Of a DNA stretch of 63,389 nucleotides, positions 35,194-44,039 are shown in pieces. The stretch lies in NCBI GenBank assembly GCA_039184055.1, contig JBCDBH010000001.1, positions 1-63,389 of the forward strand, in the 5' to 3' direction. The stretch is from Acidobacteriota bacterium (GTDB lineage: Bacteria > Acidobacteriota > Thermoanaerobaculia > Multivoradales > J023). The notes beneath the pieces are model-generated. The model had not been told where the DNA came from. It was given only the letters and a program-made list of their open reading frames with translations, and ran no database searches. The stretch's first letter is position 1, and every line of letters begins with the position of its first letter. A program made the translations under genes and the position numbers.

Positions 35194-37448
35194 TGCTCTG
35201 GTGGGTCGGGGCCGGGTTGCTTCTTCTTTTGCTCGGCGCGCTCGTGGTGATGCGTCACTACCATTCACCCGAGCGTCGGATCATTCGGTTGTTACGGACC
35301 TCGAGCGATTTGGGGCACAGTGCCGACATCATCAAACGTGAGACTAAGCGCGAATCGATCGAGCAGAAGGGCGCGATCTTCAGACGTCTCAATCGTTTGC
35401 TCGAGACGCATCCAACCGGTATCCATCCAGCGCAAATCGAAATGGCTCGATTGTCGGCCGCGCTTTTGCCTCATGTGCGAGCCGATAGCGAGGCCGGGCG
35501 GCGTGAGCTGATCGTCGCCGTCGAAGAGCGGCTCGCGTGGTTCGAGGCGGGTTTGGCCGGCGAACGAGACGACACCGATATCGATGGTTTCGAGCTCGTC
35601 GCCTGGTCGATCATCGCGCGGGATCGGTTCTTCCTCGGTTTGTTTCGTGCCGAGGGCATCGCCCACCTCTCGGCTCTGCGCGGCGAGCTCTGTGACCTTC
35701 TCGACCTGGTCGCCGAGCAACCCGAGCAGCCCTTCGTCTCGCCCTTCGAGAGCTTCGACTCGGTTCTCGACGTGCTCGAACACATCGGTCGTCTTCCGGG
35801 CGCCGAGGATCGCGCTCTCTTTCTGGGTCGAGCGTTGGCCAATACGGTGTCGATCCAACAGGAGCTCGAGCGACGCTATGACTCCTATCCGGCCATCGCC
35901 ACCGCGATGGCGACCCTCGCTTTCGCACGGGTGCGGAGCCTGCTCGTCGCCGCGCTCGAGGACATTCACCAACGAGCTCAGATCGAGGTACGTCTGCACA
36001 CCGAATCGGCGGTCGTGCAGCGTCGGATCGGCGTCGTGCTCGGGTTGCGCAATGCCGGCCAAGGGCACGCTCACAACATTCGCGTAACGCTCCTACCCGG
36101 TGAAGGCTACCGACCGCTGGCCGCCTGGCAGGAAATGCCGAGTCTGTTGCGTGCCCAAGCGGCCCGACTCGATTTCCATATCGAAGCGTTGGCGCGAGAT
36201 CGACTACGGCTGCTCTTCCACATCGAATGGGACGATCTCGAGCGCGCCGGTCAGAGTCGCCGTTTCGCCGATGTGATCACGCTACGCGCGCCCGTATCGC
36301 GGGAGTTTCGGCCGCTCAAACCCAATCCCTATGTGGTCGGTCGGCCGCTCTTGCCGGGTGATGTCTTTATCGGCCGTACCGATATCTTCGCCCGGATCGC
36401 CGCCAGTCTCGAAGGCGTGAACCAAGACAACGTCATGGTGCTCACCGGTCAGCGTCGCATGGGTAAGACGTCGATTCTGCGTCGCCTGTCGACTCGGCTC
36501 GGCGATGGCTATGTGTGTGCGATGGTCGATCTCCAGGGGGTGCTCGGGAGCGGTGAGAGCGCGTTTTTGCGCGAGATGACGGCCATGGTTCGTGACGAGC
36601 TGGCGACCGTTGGGATCGAGGTCGACGAGCCAACGGCCGAGGATTTCGACCGCGACCCGGGCACGGCGTTTCGTCGCGGCTTTCTCGGCGCGGCGCGAAC
36701 CGAGCTCGGCGACCGGCGTCTGCTGCTCGTCTTCGACGAATTCGAGGTGCTCGCCGAGCGCATTCGCGACGGGCTTTTGCCACCGCGCGTGCTGCCGTTT
36801 TTTCGCAGCATCATGCAGCACGAAACCGGTGTCAGCTTCGTGTTCGCTGGCACTCACCGTCTCGACGAGCTCACCGGTCCCTCGTGGAGCGCGCTCTTCG
36901 ATCTCGCCGTTCAGCTCGACGTCGGCTCGTTTTCACGCTCCGAGGTAGAGGAGTTGCTCACCGGGCCGACCCGTGGCTGGTTCGAATTCGATCCGCTGGC
37001 GGTCGAGCGCGTGTTTCAGCTCACCGGTGGTCATCCGCATTTCAGCCAGATGGTGGCCCGCGAGCTGGTCGAGGTGTGCAACGACGAGCGGATCGTCTAT
37101 GTCACGGTGCAGGACATCGAAACCATGGCGCTCCGCGTGGTCGACAAGGGCCAGCTCCATGTCGCGCGTCTGTGGGACGAAGCCGATGACGCGGAACGGT
37201 TGTTCCTGCTCACCCTCAAAGAGCTTCTCGACCGTGAAGGAGTCTGCACCTTGCCCGGGATCAGTCAGCTGCTCACCGCGCGCGATCGCGGAGGATTCGA
37301 CCTCGAAGCCGTGGCGCGACGTCTGCTGCGTCGCGCCCTGTTGACCGAAACCGGGGGACAGCTTTTCTTTCGTATGGAGCTGATGCGTTTGTGGCTCGAT
37401 TTCGTGCATCGTGGCCCGTCGTTGAGCACCTCGCGGAGCGTGGCCTAG
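35190..37448 (+). CDS. Membrane-anchored STAND-like P-loop ATPase with ~400-aa unassigned N-terminal region
   Basis: The start (GTG 35190 or ATG 35193) overlaps the kinase stop. N-terminal TM WWVGAGLLLLLLGALVVM. NPYVVGRPL...FIGR lead-in, Walker A GQRRMGKTS, Walker B LLLVFDEFEVL, and a GGHPHFSQ helical/winged-helix region. Confidence 0.75.
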   Translation: MMLWWVGAGLLLLLLGALVVMRHYHSPERRIIRLLRTSSDLGHSADIIKRETKRESIEQKGAIFRRLNRLLETHPTGIHPAQIEMARLSAALLPHVRADSEAGRRELIVAVEERLAWFEAGLAGERDDTDIDGFELVAWSIIARDRFFLGLFRAEGIAHLSALRGELCDLLDLVAEQPEQPFVSPFESFDSVLDVLEHIGRLPGAEDRALFLGRALANTVSIQQELERRYDSYPAIATAMATLAFARVRSLLVAALEDIHQRAQIEVRLHTESAVVQRRIGVVLGLRNAGQGHAHNIRVTLLPGEGYRPLAAWQEMPSLLRAQAARLDFHIEALARDRLRLLFHIEWDDLERAGQSRRFADVITLRAPVSREFRPLKPNPYVVGRPLLPGDVFIGRTDIFARIAASLEGVNQDNVMVLTGQRRMGKTSILRRLSTRLGDGYVCAMVDLQGVLGSGESAFLREMTAMVRDELATVGIEVDEPTAEDFDRDPGTAFRRGFLGAARTELGDRRLLLVFDEFEVLAERIRDGLLPPRVLPFFRSIMQHETGVSFVFAGTHRLDELTGPSWSALFDLAVQLDVGSFSRSEVEELLTGPTRGWFEFDPLAVERVFQLTGGHPHFSQMVARELVEVCNDERIVYVTVQDIETMALRVVDKGQLHVARLWDEADDAERLFLLTLKELLDREGVCTLPGISQLLTARDRGGFDLEAVARRLLRRALLTETGGQLFFRMELMRLWLDFVHRGPSLSTSRSVA

Positions 37449-37450
37449 TG

Positions 37451-38509
37451 ATGATCGATGCGCCCAATCCTTTCGCGCAACGTCAGGGGATTCGCGATGC
37501 CGGGCTCTTCTATGGTCGCGCCGAGCTCACGCGGGTGATTCTCGAGCTCGCCGCCAGCGGTCAGAGCTGTGCCGTGCGAGGTGAGCGACGGATCGGCAAG
37601 ACGTCGTTCTTGGCCTACGTGAGGGATCCTCGCGTGCTCGCTGCCCACGGTCTCGACGCGTCACGAACCGCGTGTGTCGAGATCGACTTTCTCGCTTTCG
37701 GAAGCGCGACCCCGAACGAGGTGTGGAGGGAGATTCTGGATGCTCTCTACCACGTGGTCGACGAGGCCCCGTTGACCCAGCGGATCGACCGGGTACGCGC
37801 CAGCGATCCGATCACCTTCGCGGAGGTGCGCCGTGTCTTGAACGCCCTGACGATGGCTGCTTGGCGTCTGGTGATCCTCTGTGACGAGCTCGAGTGGGCG
37901 GTGCAGAATCCCGCTCTCGATCTGTCGTTCTTCGGTGCCCTACGCAGCCTGGCGAGCGGTCAAGGCGTGGTCTTCATCACCGCGAGCCGTTACGGCTTGC
38001 TCGAGCTCGATCGAGCCGGTGGTGGCGACGCGCGGCGGGAGATCTTGGCGTCGCCGTTCTTCAATATCTTCGCCGAGCGCGACATCGGTGCGTTCGAAGC
38101 CCACGAGGTCGCGGCGCTGCTCGCCGGCCAGCTCGAGGGCACCCAGGTGCGTTTCGATGCGAGCGACATCGACGTGATCGAACGCTCTGGGGGCCGTCAC
38201 CCGTACTTCGTGCAACTGCTCGCTTATCACCTCTACGATGCACACCGCGCCGGGATCGACGACCCGTTGCAACGCGCCGCCTGGGCACGTGGGCGCGCGA
38301 CCCCGGAAGCGGCCAAGGTCTTTCAAAATTTCTGGTCGCACAGCAGCGATCGTGAACGAGGGGTGCTGGAAGTCTTGGCGACCGGTTCGTCGTTGGTTGA
38401 CGGTCAAGCTCTCGCCGAGCTCGAGCGGCGGGCCCTGGTGCGTCGGCACCACGACCATGCAACCGTTTTTTCCGATCTCTTCAGCGCTTGGATCGTCGCT
38501 CGAGAATAA
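37451..38509 (+). CDS. Soluble STAND-like P-loop ATPase (paralogous core to the upstream gene)
   Basis: ATG 37451 lies 2 nt after the upstream stop. NPFAQRQGI...FYGR lead-in, Walker A GERRIGKTS, Walker B LVILCDELEW, and GGRHPYFVQ plus a C-terminal winged-helix-like tail. Confidence 0.75.
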   Translation: MIDAPNPFAQRQGIRDAGLFYGRAELTRVILELAASGQSCAVRGERRIGKTSFLAYVRDPRVLAAHGLDASRTACVEIDFLAFGSATPNEVWREILDALYHVVDEAPLTQRIDRVRASDPITFAEVRRVLNALTMAAWRLVILCDELEWAVQNPALDLSFFGALRSLASGQGVVFITASRYGLLELDRAGGGDARREILASPFFNIFAERDIGAFEAHEVAALLAGQLEGTQVRFDASDIDVIERSGGRHPYFVQLLAYHLYDAHRAGIDDPLQRAAWARGRATPEAAKVFQNFWSHSSDRERGVLEVLATGSSLVDGQALAELERRALVRRHHDHATVFSDLFSAWIVARE

Positions 38510-39578
38510 ACGGCAGGATCGCCAAGAGCGCTGCGATCGACCCCCACGCCGCCCGCACCGGGCCTTTGGGCCAGACGATGATCCGGTGTTCGAGCACCGG
38601 GCTGCGATAGGTCGAAGGATTGGTCTGTTCCGCTGCGATCGTGTTGCCTTTTTCGATCTTCCAGTCTTCCCAGCGGTGGTCTTCGAAGTCGAGAAAAGGT
38701 GCGTACCAGCGTTCCAGGATCTGATTGGCGCGCCCGGCCATGGCCCACAACTCCCGGTGCGACGCGCCCTCTCGATGACTGACGTGCCAACCGGCTTCGG
38801 TGCGAAACGTATCGGCAATGCCCCACACCGCTTCTTTGTCGGCCGGTTTGGTGGCCCAGCGTTCGGCGCGGTCGATGGCCGCCGCGCGGAGCTCGTCTTC
38901 GCTACGCCAAGAGAGAAAACTACCGACCTCGGGATCGACGATGCGATAACCCAGGTGCGCCGCGTCGAAGAAGAGACCGGCGGTGAGCACCGCCGCGGCG
39001 GCGGTCCACGACACCGCGCGCCAGCCCGTCTTGCCAAGACGCCAGCGGAAATCGCGTGGCGGCTCGATCACCACCGCGAAGAGCAGACCCGTGAACGCGG
39101 CGACGACGTTCATCGCCACATCGCGGATTTCACCGACTCGTTTCGGCGCCAGCCATTGCACCGTCTCGTCGAGGGTGCCGATGAGGGCACCGGCGAGCAC
39201 CGGGATCAGCAAAAGCCTCAAATCGCGACATGGGCGAAGCGCCCAGTAGAGCAGGAGCGCGAGCGAACCGTACTGCAGGATGTGAATCCGCTCGACGATA
39301 TCGACCCGCGGATTGTCGTGGCTGAAGCCGGTGATCTGCAGGGCGAGAAGGATGACGACGGCAATCAGGCCGAGCCATCGCAAGCCGACGTGACGGCGGA
39401 TCTTGAGCGCGCAGGCGACGAGGGAGGTGACCAGCAGGCCGCCGAGGACGATGGCGAGGCCCTTCACCGCGCCACCGGGGAACATCTCGAAAAGGAGATC
39501 GCGAATCCGCCCCATGGCCGGGGCGGTGACGAGGATGAGCAGAGCGAGCCCCGCGGCTGGGAGGAGACGCACGATCAT
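38481..39578 (-). CDS. VanZ-like family membrane protein with C-terminal soluble extension
   Basis: Four N-terminal TM helices with VanZ-like blocks VERIHILQYGSLALLLYWAL and DETVQWLAPKRVGEIRDVAMNVVAAFTGLLFAVV. About 200 extra C-terminal residues are unassigned. Confidence 0.65.
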   Translation of the reverse strand: MIVRLLPAAGLALLILVTAPAMGRIRDLLFEMFPGGAVKGLAIVLGGLLVTSLVACALKIRRHVGLRWLGLIAVVILLALQITGFSHDNPRVDIVERIHILQYGSLALLLYWALRPCRDLRLLLIPVLAGALIGTLDETVQWLAPKRVGEIRDVAMNVVAAFTGLLFAVVIEPPRDFRWRLGKTGWRAVSWTAAAAVLTAGLFFDAAHLGYRIVDPEVGSFLSWRSEDELRAAAIDRAERWATKPADKEAVWGIADTFRTEAGWHVSHREGASHRELWAMAGRANQILERWYAPFLDFEDHRWEDWKIEKGNTIAAEQTNPSTYRSPVLEHRIIVWPKGPVRAAWGSIAALLAILPFILERRSKR

Positions 39579-39669
39579 GGCTGCATGCTATCGCTCGGAT
39601 CGTGGCGAAACCGGGGCGGCCGCGGGGCGAAGCGACGAAATCGATCCGCGCTGGATCAGCGGACGTCGA

Positions 39670-40806
39670 TCAGCGTTGGATGATCCGCACGCCACCCGAT
39701 CCGGTGTCGATTTCCACCGATACGCCACCGCCGCCGCTCGTGCCGACGAAGCGGTCTCGCTCGGAAACCCGTGAGTTCAGGCTATCGAGATCGAGGTTGA
39801 TCCGACCCGAGCCGGTCGAAATATCGAGGTTCATACCCGGGAACGAACGGCTTTCCAGGGTCACGCCACCCGATCCGGTGTCGATCAGCGCACGGCTGAG
39901 ACCGGAAAGGTCACCACGAAGGTCGACGCCACCCGAGCCGGTATCGATTTCGAGATCGCCGACGACGGTGACGTCCGTTCCGCTGACCTCACCCGAGCCG
40001 GTATCGACGAGCAGCGCTCCACGGCAGTTCTCGAGACGAACATCGCCCGATCCGGTATCGGCGAGAATCCTCGTGGCATCGATCTGTCGGAGGTCGACGT
40101 CGCCCGATCCGGTGTCGGCATCGATATCGCCAGCGATGTCGTAGAGCGCGACGTCGCCCGATCCGGTGTCGGCCAAGACATCGCCGCGGTGGTTCTCGAC
40201 CTTGACGTCGCCCGATCCGGTGTCGGCTCTGAGCTTGCCGTCGTTGTCACGCGCCACCACATCGCCCGACGCGGAATCGAGATCCAAGTCGCCGCTGATG
40301 TTGGTCGCTTCGATCCGGCCGACCCGGTTGCGCACCTTCACATGGACACCGGCCGGCACCTGCAGCTCCATATCCACCCACAGCTCGGCGGCGCCGCGTC
40401 GGGGCGACGAGAAGATCCGGACCTTGCGTTCGAGGTACTTGACCTGGGTGCGACCGCCCCAGCCCTTGCCTTCTAGGGGAGCGTAGACGAAGTCACGGTA
40501 ACGGTCGGTCGGGTAGTACGCGACGATGTTGGTCGCCCCACCGCTTTTGTCGGAGCGAATGTCGAGTGAGTCGAGCAGCTCGCGCGAGCCGGCGTGAATC
40601 GTGGCGGTCAAGGTCACCGATCCACCGCCCCGTGTCACGACGACGCGTCCGGCCAAGTTCTCGAGCATGACCACGCCGTTGGCGCCGACCTCGAAGGTGC
40701 GGGTGACCGTGTCGGTCGTGGTCGCGGTCGCGGGTACCACCGCGAGCAACGCCACCAGGGCGAAGAAAACAAAGACGACTACATGGGGTCGATCAAAGCG
40801 TCGCAT
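39670..40806 (-). CDS. DUF4097-type repeat (putative adhesin/beta-helix) protein
   Basis: Signal or TM VVVFVFFALVALLAVVPATA. At least 8 iterations of the (A/I/V)DTGSG(D/G)V motif, typical of DUF4097. Confidence 0.8.
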   Translation of the reverse strand: MRRFDRPHVVVFVFFALVALLAVVPATATTTDTVTRTFEVGANGVVMLENLAGRVVVTRGGGSVTLTATIHAGSRELLDSLDIRSDKSGGATNIVAYYPTDRYRDFVYAPLEGKGWGGRTQVKYLERKVRIFSSPRRGAAELWVDMELQVPAGVHVKVRNRVGRIEATNISGDLDLDSASGDVVARDNDGKLRADTGSGDVKVENHRGDVLADTGSGDVALYDIAGDIDADTGSGDVDLRQIDATRILADTGSGDVRLENCRGALLVDTGSGEVSGTDVTVVGDLEIDTGSGGVDLRGDLSGLSRALIDTGSGGVTLESRSFPGMNLDISTGSGRINLDLDSLNSRVSERDRFVGTSGGGGVSVEIDTGSGGVRIIQR

Positions 40807-40888
40807 GGAAATCCTCCGTAAGGGTCTCGGCCGTTTGGGTTGACCGCTTGCTGTTCAACAAGTCAGATGCTCCCCGGTCGTCTCGGGT

Positions 40889-41776
40889 TTGCTTCGGCCA
40901 TGTAGAATGCCGCCCAGAAACGAGGGCACCATCGTGGACGAGGCGAAACGGCAACGGAACATCAAACAGGCCGAGGATCTGCTCGTCGGCTATATACGCG
41001 AGCGACGCAAGCCTCTGGCGGAGATGGCGCTCGAGACTCTGGTCGAGATGGAGCCGGGGCACCCGCGTCTCGCCGAGTATCGTACCTGGGTCGCCGATCT
41101 CGACCAGGACATCGAGCGGCAATCGCAAATCGTCAGTGACGTCTCGGCGGTGCGCGATGCGTTGGCGAGCGGTGATCTCGATGCCGCGCGGAACTCCCTA
41201 GGCAAGCTGCGCACCCGCGACCCATCGTCTGGCATCGTCGCGTCACTCACCGCCGAGCTCGAAGAAGAAGAGCGTGGCATCGAAGAAGGCGAGGACATCG
41301 AGCGGCGCAAACAGCGCTTCGACGCCTTGCTCGAAACCGGCGAAGCCAACGCCGCCGAGGCCGAGCTCGAAGCCTTGGCGCAGACCAGCATTCCGCGTGT
41401 CACCCTCGACTTTCTGCGTAAACGTCTCGACGAAGCACGCAAAGATCTCGCCGCCAAGGCCGAGCTCGCGACCTTGGAGAGTGTCTTCCGACAACACCTC
41501 AAGGGTCGCAACTGGCAACGCGCGCGCGAGGTGGCCCACGCCGTCGGCGAGCAATTCAACGGCACCGCGCGTGCCGCCGAGATGTTCAACGAGGTCACCC
41601 GGGTCGAATCCGAGCACCGGCGTCGCGAGTCGGTGCGTCAGGGCATCGCGGCGCTCGACAATTACATCGCCAAAGGGCAACGCGCCGAAGCCGAGCTCAC
41701 CCTCCAAGTGCTCCGTCGGCTCGATGTCGATTCACAGCAGCTGGACGCCTACGAGCGCTGGATCTCCAAGCTCTGA
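40889..41776 (+). CDS. Hypothetical all-helical (TPR/coiled-coil-like) protein
   Basis: 295-aa ORF rich in Glu, Ala, Arg and Leu with heptad or TPR-like periodicity. No enzymatic motif. The alternative start is 40907. Confidence 0.5.
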   Translation: MLRPCRMPPRNEGTIVDEAKRQRNIKQAEDLLVGYIRERRKPLAEMALETLVEMEPGHPRLAEYRTWVADLDQDIERQSQIVSDVSAVRDALASGDLDAARNSLGKLRTRDPSSGIVASLTAELEEEERGIEEGEDIERRKQRFDALLETGEANAAEAELEALAQTSIPRVTLDFLRKRLDEARKDLAAKAELATLESVFRQHLKGRNWQRAREVAHAVGEQFNGTARAAEMFNEVTRVESEHRRRESVRQGIAALDNYIAKGQRAEAELTLQVLRRLDVDSQQLDAYERWISKL

Positions 41777-41882
41777 TCGAACGCTGTCGATGTAAGACGG
41801 CGGCTTGCCACCGCGCGGCTTGCTCCCGTGCTCCGTGACTCGTAAACTCCCGGGCCAACCGCGAGCCGGAGGAATTTTGGTC

Positions 41883-43988
41883 ATGGAAGATAGAACCGGG
41901 GCGCTGTCGGCGCATCCCACCTCACCGCAAGCCTTCTCTTCGCCCGATCTGTCCGCCCGTCAACGGGTGCTCACCTGGGCGATGATGAAGCTCTCCCGCG
42001 ACCTCGACAATCGGTTCGCGATGTTGCTCAAAACCGGTCGAGTCGCCAAGTGGTACAGCCAGATCGGTACCGAAGCCACCTCGACGGCGGCCGGCATGGA
42101 GCTCGACGACGGCGACGTCTTGTGCTCGCTGCACCGTGATCTCGGCGCCATCTTGTCGGTCTATCTCGATCCGGCGCGCGCGTTTCCAGACGCTGGTTTC
42201 GCCGCGAAAGCCAATCGCCCCGAACCGGTCGATCTGCTCTATCGACTGTGCTGCCAGCTGCTCGGTCGTCGCGACGGTTTTTCGGAGGGCATCGAGCGGT
42301 CGTTTCACTACGCTCATCTCGCCCCTGAGACCGGTGTCCGTCACGTCGGCATGATCAGCCATCTCGGTTCGATGATCCCGGTCGCCGCGGGCTGCGCCTT
42401 CGCGCTCAAACAGGGCGGTAGCGATCGTGTCGCGCTCAACTTCATCGGTGATGGCGGTACCTCGACCGGTGACTTCCACGAGGGCCTCAACATGGCCGCG
42501 GTGTGGAAGCTGCCGCTGATCCTGGTGGTGGAAAACAACCGCTACGCCTTCTCGACCCCGACGAGCGCCCAATTCGCTTGCGCCCAGCTCTCCGATCGCG
42601 GTCCGGGCTATGGCATCGCCGCCGAGACGGTCGACGGCAACAATCCCGACGCCGTCGCCCACGCCGTCGCCACCGCCGTGGCGCGCGCCCGTCGGGGCGA
42701 CGGACCGACGTTGATCGAAGCGATGCTCGGTCGCATGCGGGGTCATAGTGAAGGTGACGACTCGCTCAAGGTCGTGCCCGAAGACGAGCTCAACGTCTAC
42801 CTCGCCGCCGATCCGGTGCCGGCTCACACCGAGCGCATGCGTCGTGACGGCACGCTCTCCGAGAGTGAGCACGATCGGCTGGGCGCCCAGATCAGCGACC
42901 TGATCGAGACCGCCGTCGAGCGCGCGCTCGCTTCACCCGAGCCCGAAGTCGAGACCGCGCATCGCAGCGTCTTCGCCCCGCTCGCCAGCACCTGGTCCGA
43001 GCCGATCGAAACAGTCGATCGGGAGATCTCCTACGTCGAAGCGGTCCACCTCGGTCTGCTCGCCGAAATGGAGCGTGACGACAGCGTCGTTCTGATGGGG
43101 CAAGACATTGGCGTCTTCGAGGGCGCGTTTCGGATCACCAAGGGCATGTGGCAACGCTGGCCCGACCGGGTGCTCGACACGCCGATCGCCGAGTCGGGCA
43201 CCATGGGGATCGCCGCCGGCGCCGCTATGCTCGGCTATCGACCGGTGGTCGAGATGCAATTCGCCGACTTCATTTCGTGTGGCTTCAACCAGCTGGTCAA
43301 CGTCAGCGCCAAGATGTACTACCGCTGGGGCATCCCGTGCCCGATCGTCGTTCGGCTTCCCGCCGGTGGTGGTGTCGGCGCCGGTCCGTTTCATTCGCAG
43401 AACCCCGAAGGTTGGTTCGCCCACACCGGTGGCATCAAGGTCGTCTGCCCGTCGACCGTCGACGACGCACGACTGCTGCTTCAGGCGGCGATCCGCGACC
43501 CGAATCCGGTCGTCTTCTGCGAGCACAAATACCTCTATCGGCGGATCAAAGCCGTGCCGACCCCAGGTGCCGTCGTCGAGCCGCTCGGCAACGCGGCGGT
43601 GCGTCGCGAGGGGAGCGATCTCACCCTGGTCGCCTACGGTGCGTCGGTCTGGCAATGCCTCGCCGCCGCCGACACCCTCGCCGCCGACGGTATCGAGGCC
43701 GAGGTGATCGATCTCCGTACTCTCGTGCCCTTCGATGCCGACACCGTGCTCACCAGCGTCGAGAAAACCGGCCGCTGCGTGATCGTGCACGAAGATCAGC
43801 TCACCGCTGGCTTCGGGGCCGAAGTCGCCGCGCAAATCGCCGACAAGGCCTTCGCATGGCTCGACGCACCGGTCAAGCGAGTCGCCTACCCGGATCGACC
43901 GTCGCCGTTCTCCAAGCTGCTGGAAAACGCCCTCATGCCCGACGCCGAAAAGGTCGTCGCGGCGGCACGGGAGACTGTGGCGTATTGA
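41883..43988 (+). CDS. Fused alpha+beta thiamine-diphosphate-dependent 2-oxoacid dehydrogenase E1 component
   Basis: GGAGGA RBS before ATG 41883. TPP-binding motif GDGGTSTGDFHEGLNMAAVWKLPLILVVENNRYA (alpha part). This is followed by a transketolase-like pyrimidine-binding and C-terminal beta part (VLDTPIAESGTMGIAAGAAMLGYRPVVEMQFADF). Confidence 0.85.
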   Translation: MEDRTGALSAHPTSPQAFSSPDLSARQRVLTWAMMKLSRDLDNRFAMLLKTGRVAKWYSQIGTEATSTAAGMELDDGDVLCSLHRDLGAILSVYLDPARAFPDAGFAAKANRPEPVDLLYRLCCQLLGRRDGFSEGIERSFHYAHLAPETGVRHVGMISHLGSMIPVAAGCAFALKQGGSDRVALNFIGDGGTSTGDFHEGLNMAAVWKLPLILVVENNRYAFSTPTSAQFACAQLSDRGPGYGIAAETVDGNNPDAVAHAVATAVARARRGDGPTLIEAMLGRMRGHSEGDDSLKVVPEDELNVYLAADPVPAHTERMRRDGTLSESEHDRLGAQISDLIETAVERALASPEPEVETAHRSVFAPLASTWSEPIETVDREISYVEAVHLGLLAEMERDDSVVLMGQDIGVFEGAFRITKGMWQRWPDRVLDTPIAESGTMGIAAGAAMLGYRPVVEMQFADFISCGFNQLVNVSAKMYYRWGIPCPIVVRLPAGGGVGAGPFHSQNPEGWFAHTGGIKVVCPSTVDDARLLLQAAIRDPNPVVFCEHKYLYRRIKAVPTPGAVVEPLGNAAVRREGSDLTLVAYGASVWQCLAAADTLAADGIEAEVIDLRTLVPFDADTVLTSVEKTGRCVIVHEDQLTAGFGAEVAAQIADKAFAWLDAPVKRVAYPDRPSPFSKLLENALMPDAEKVVAAARETVAY

Positions 43989-44039
43989 AGACAGCCGCCT
44001 ATTGACGACGGGGATGGAATCGCAAGGGAGGACGGAACC

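Noticed and set aside
39693-40226. CRISPR-like pattern of ~18-nt near-identical segments (c[ag]cccga[tg]ccggt[ga]tcg...) recurring every ~51-61 bp.
   Set aside because: The repeats fall entirely inside a continuous ORF and correspond codon for codon to the DTGSG(D/G)V repeats of a DUF4097 protein. The spacing is irregular (one gap is ~180 bp), the repeats are not identical, and no cas genes or leader are present.
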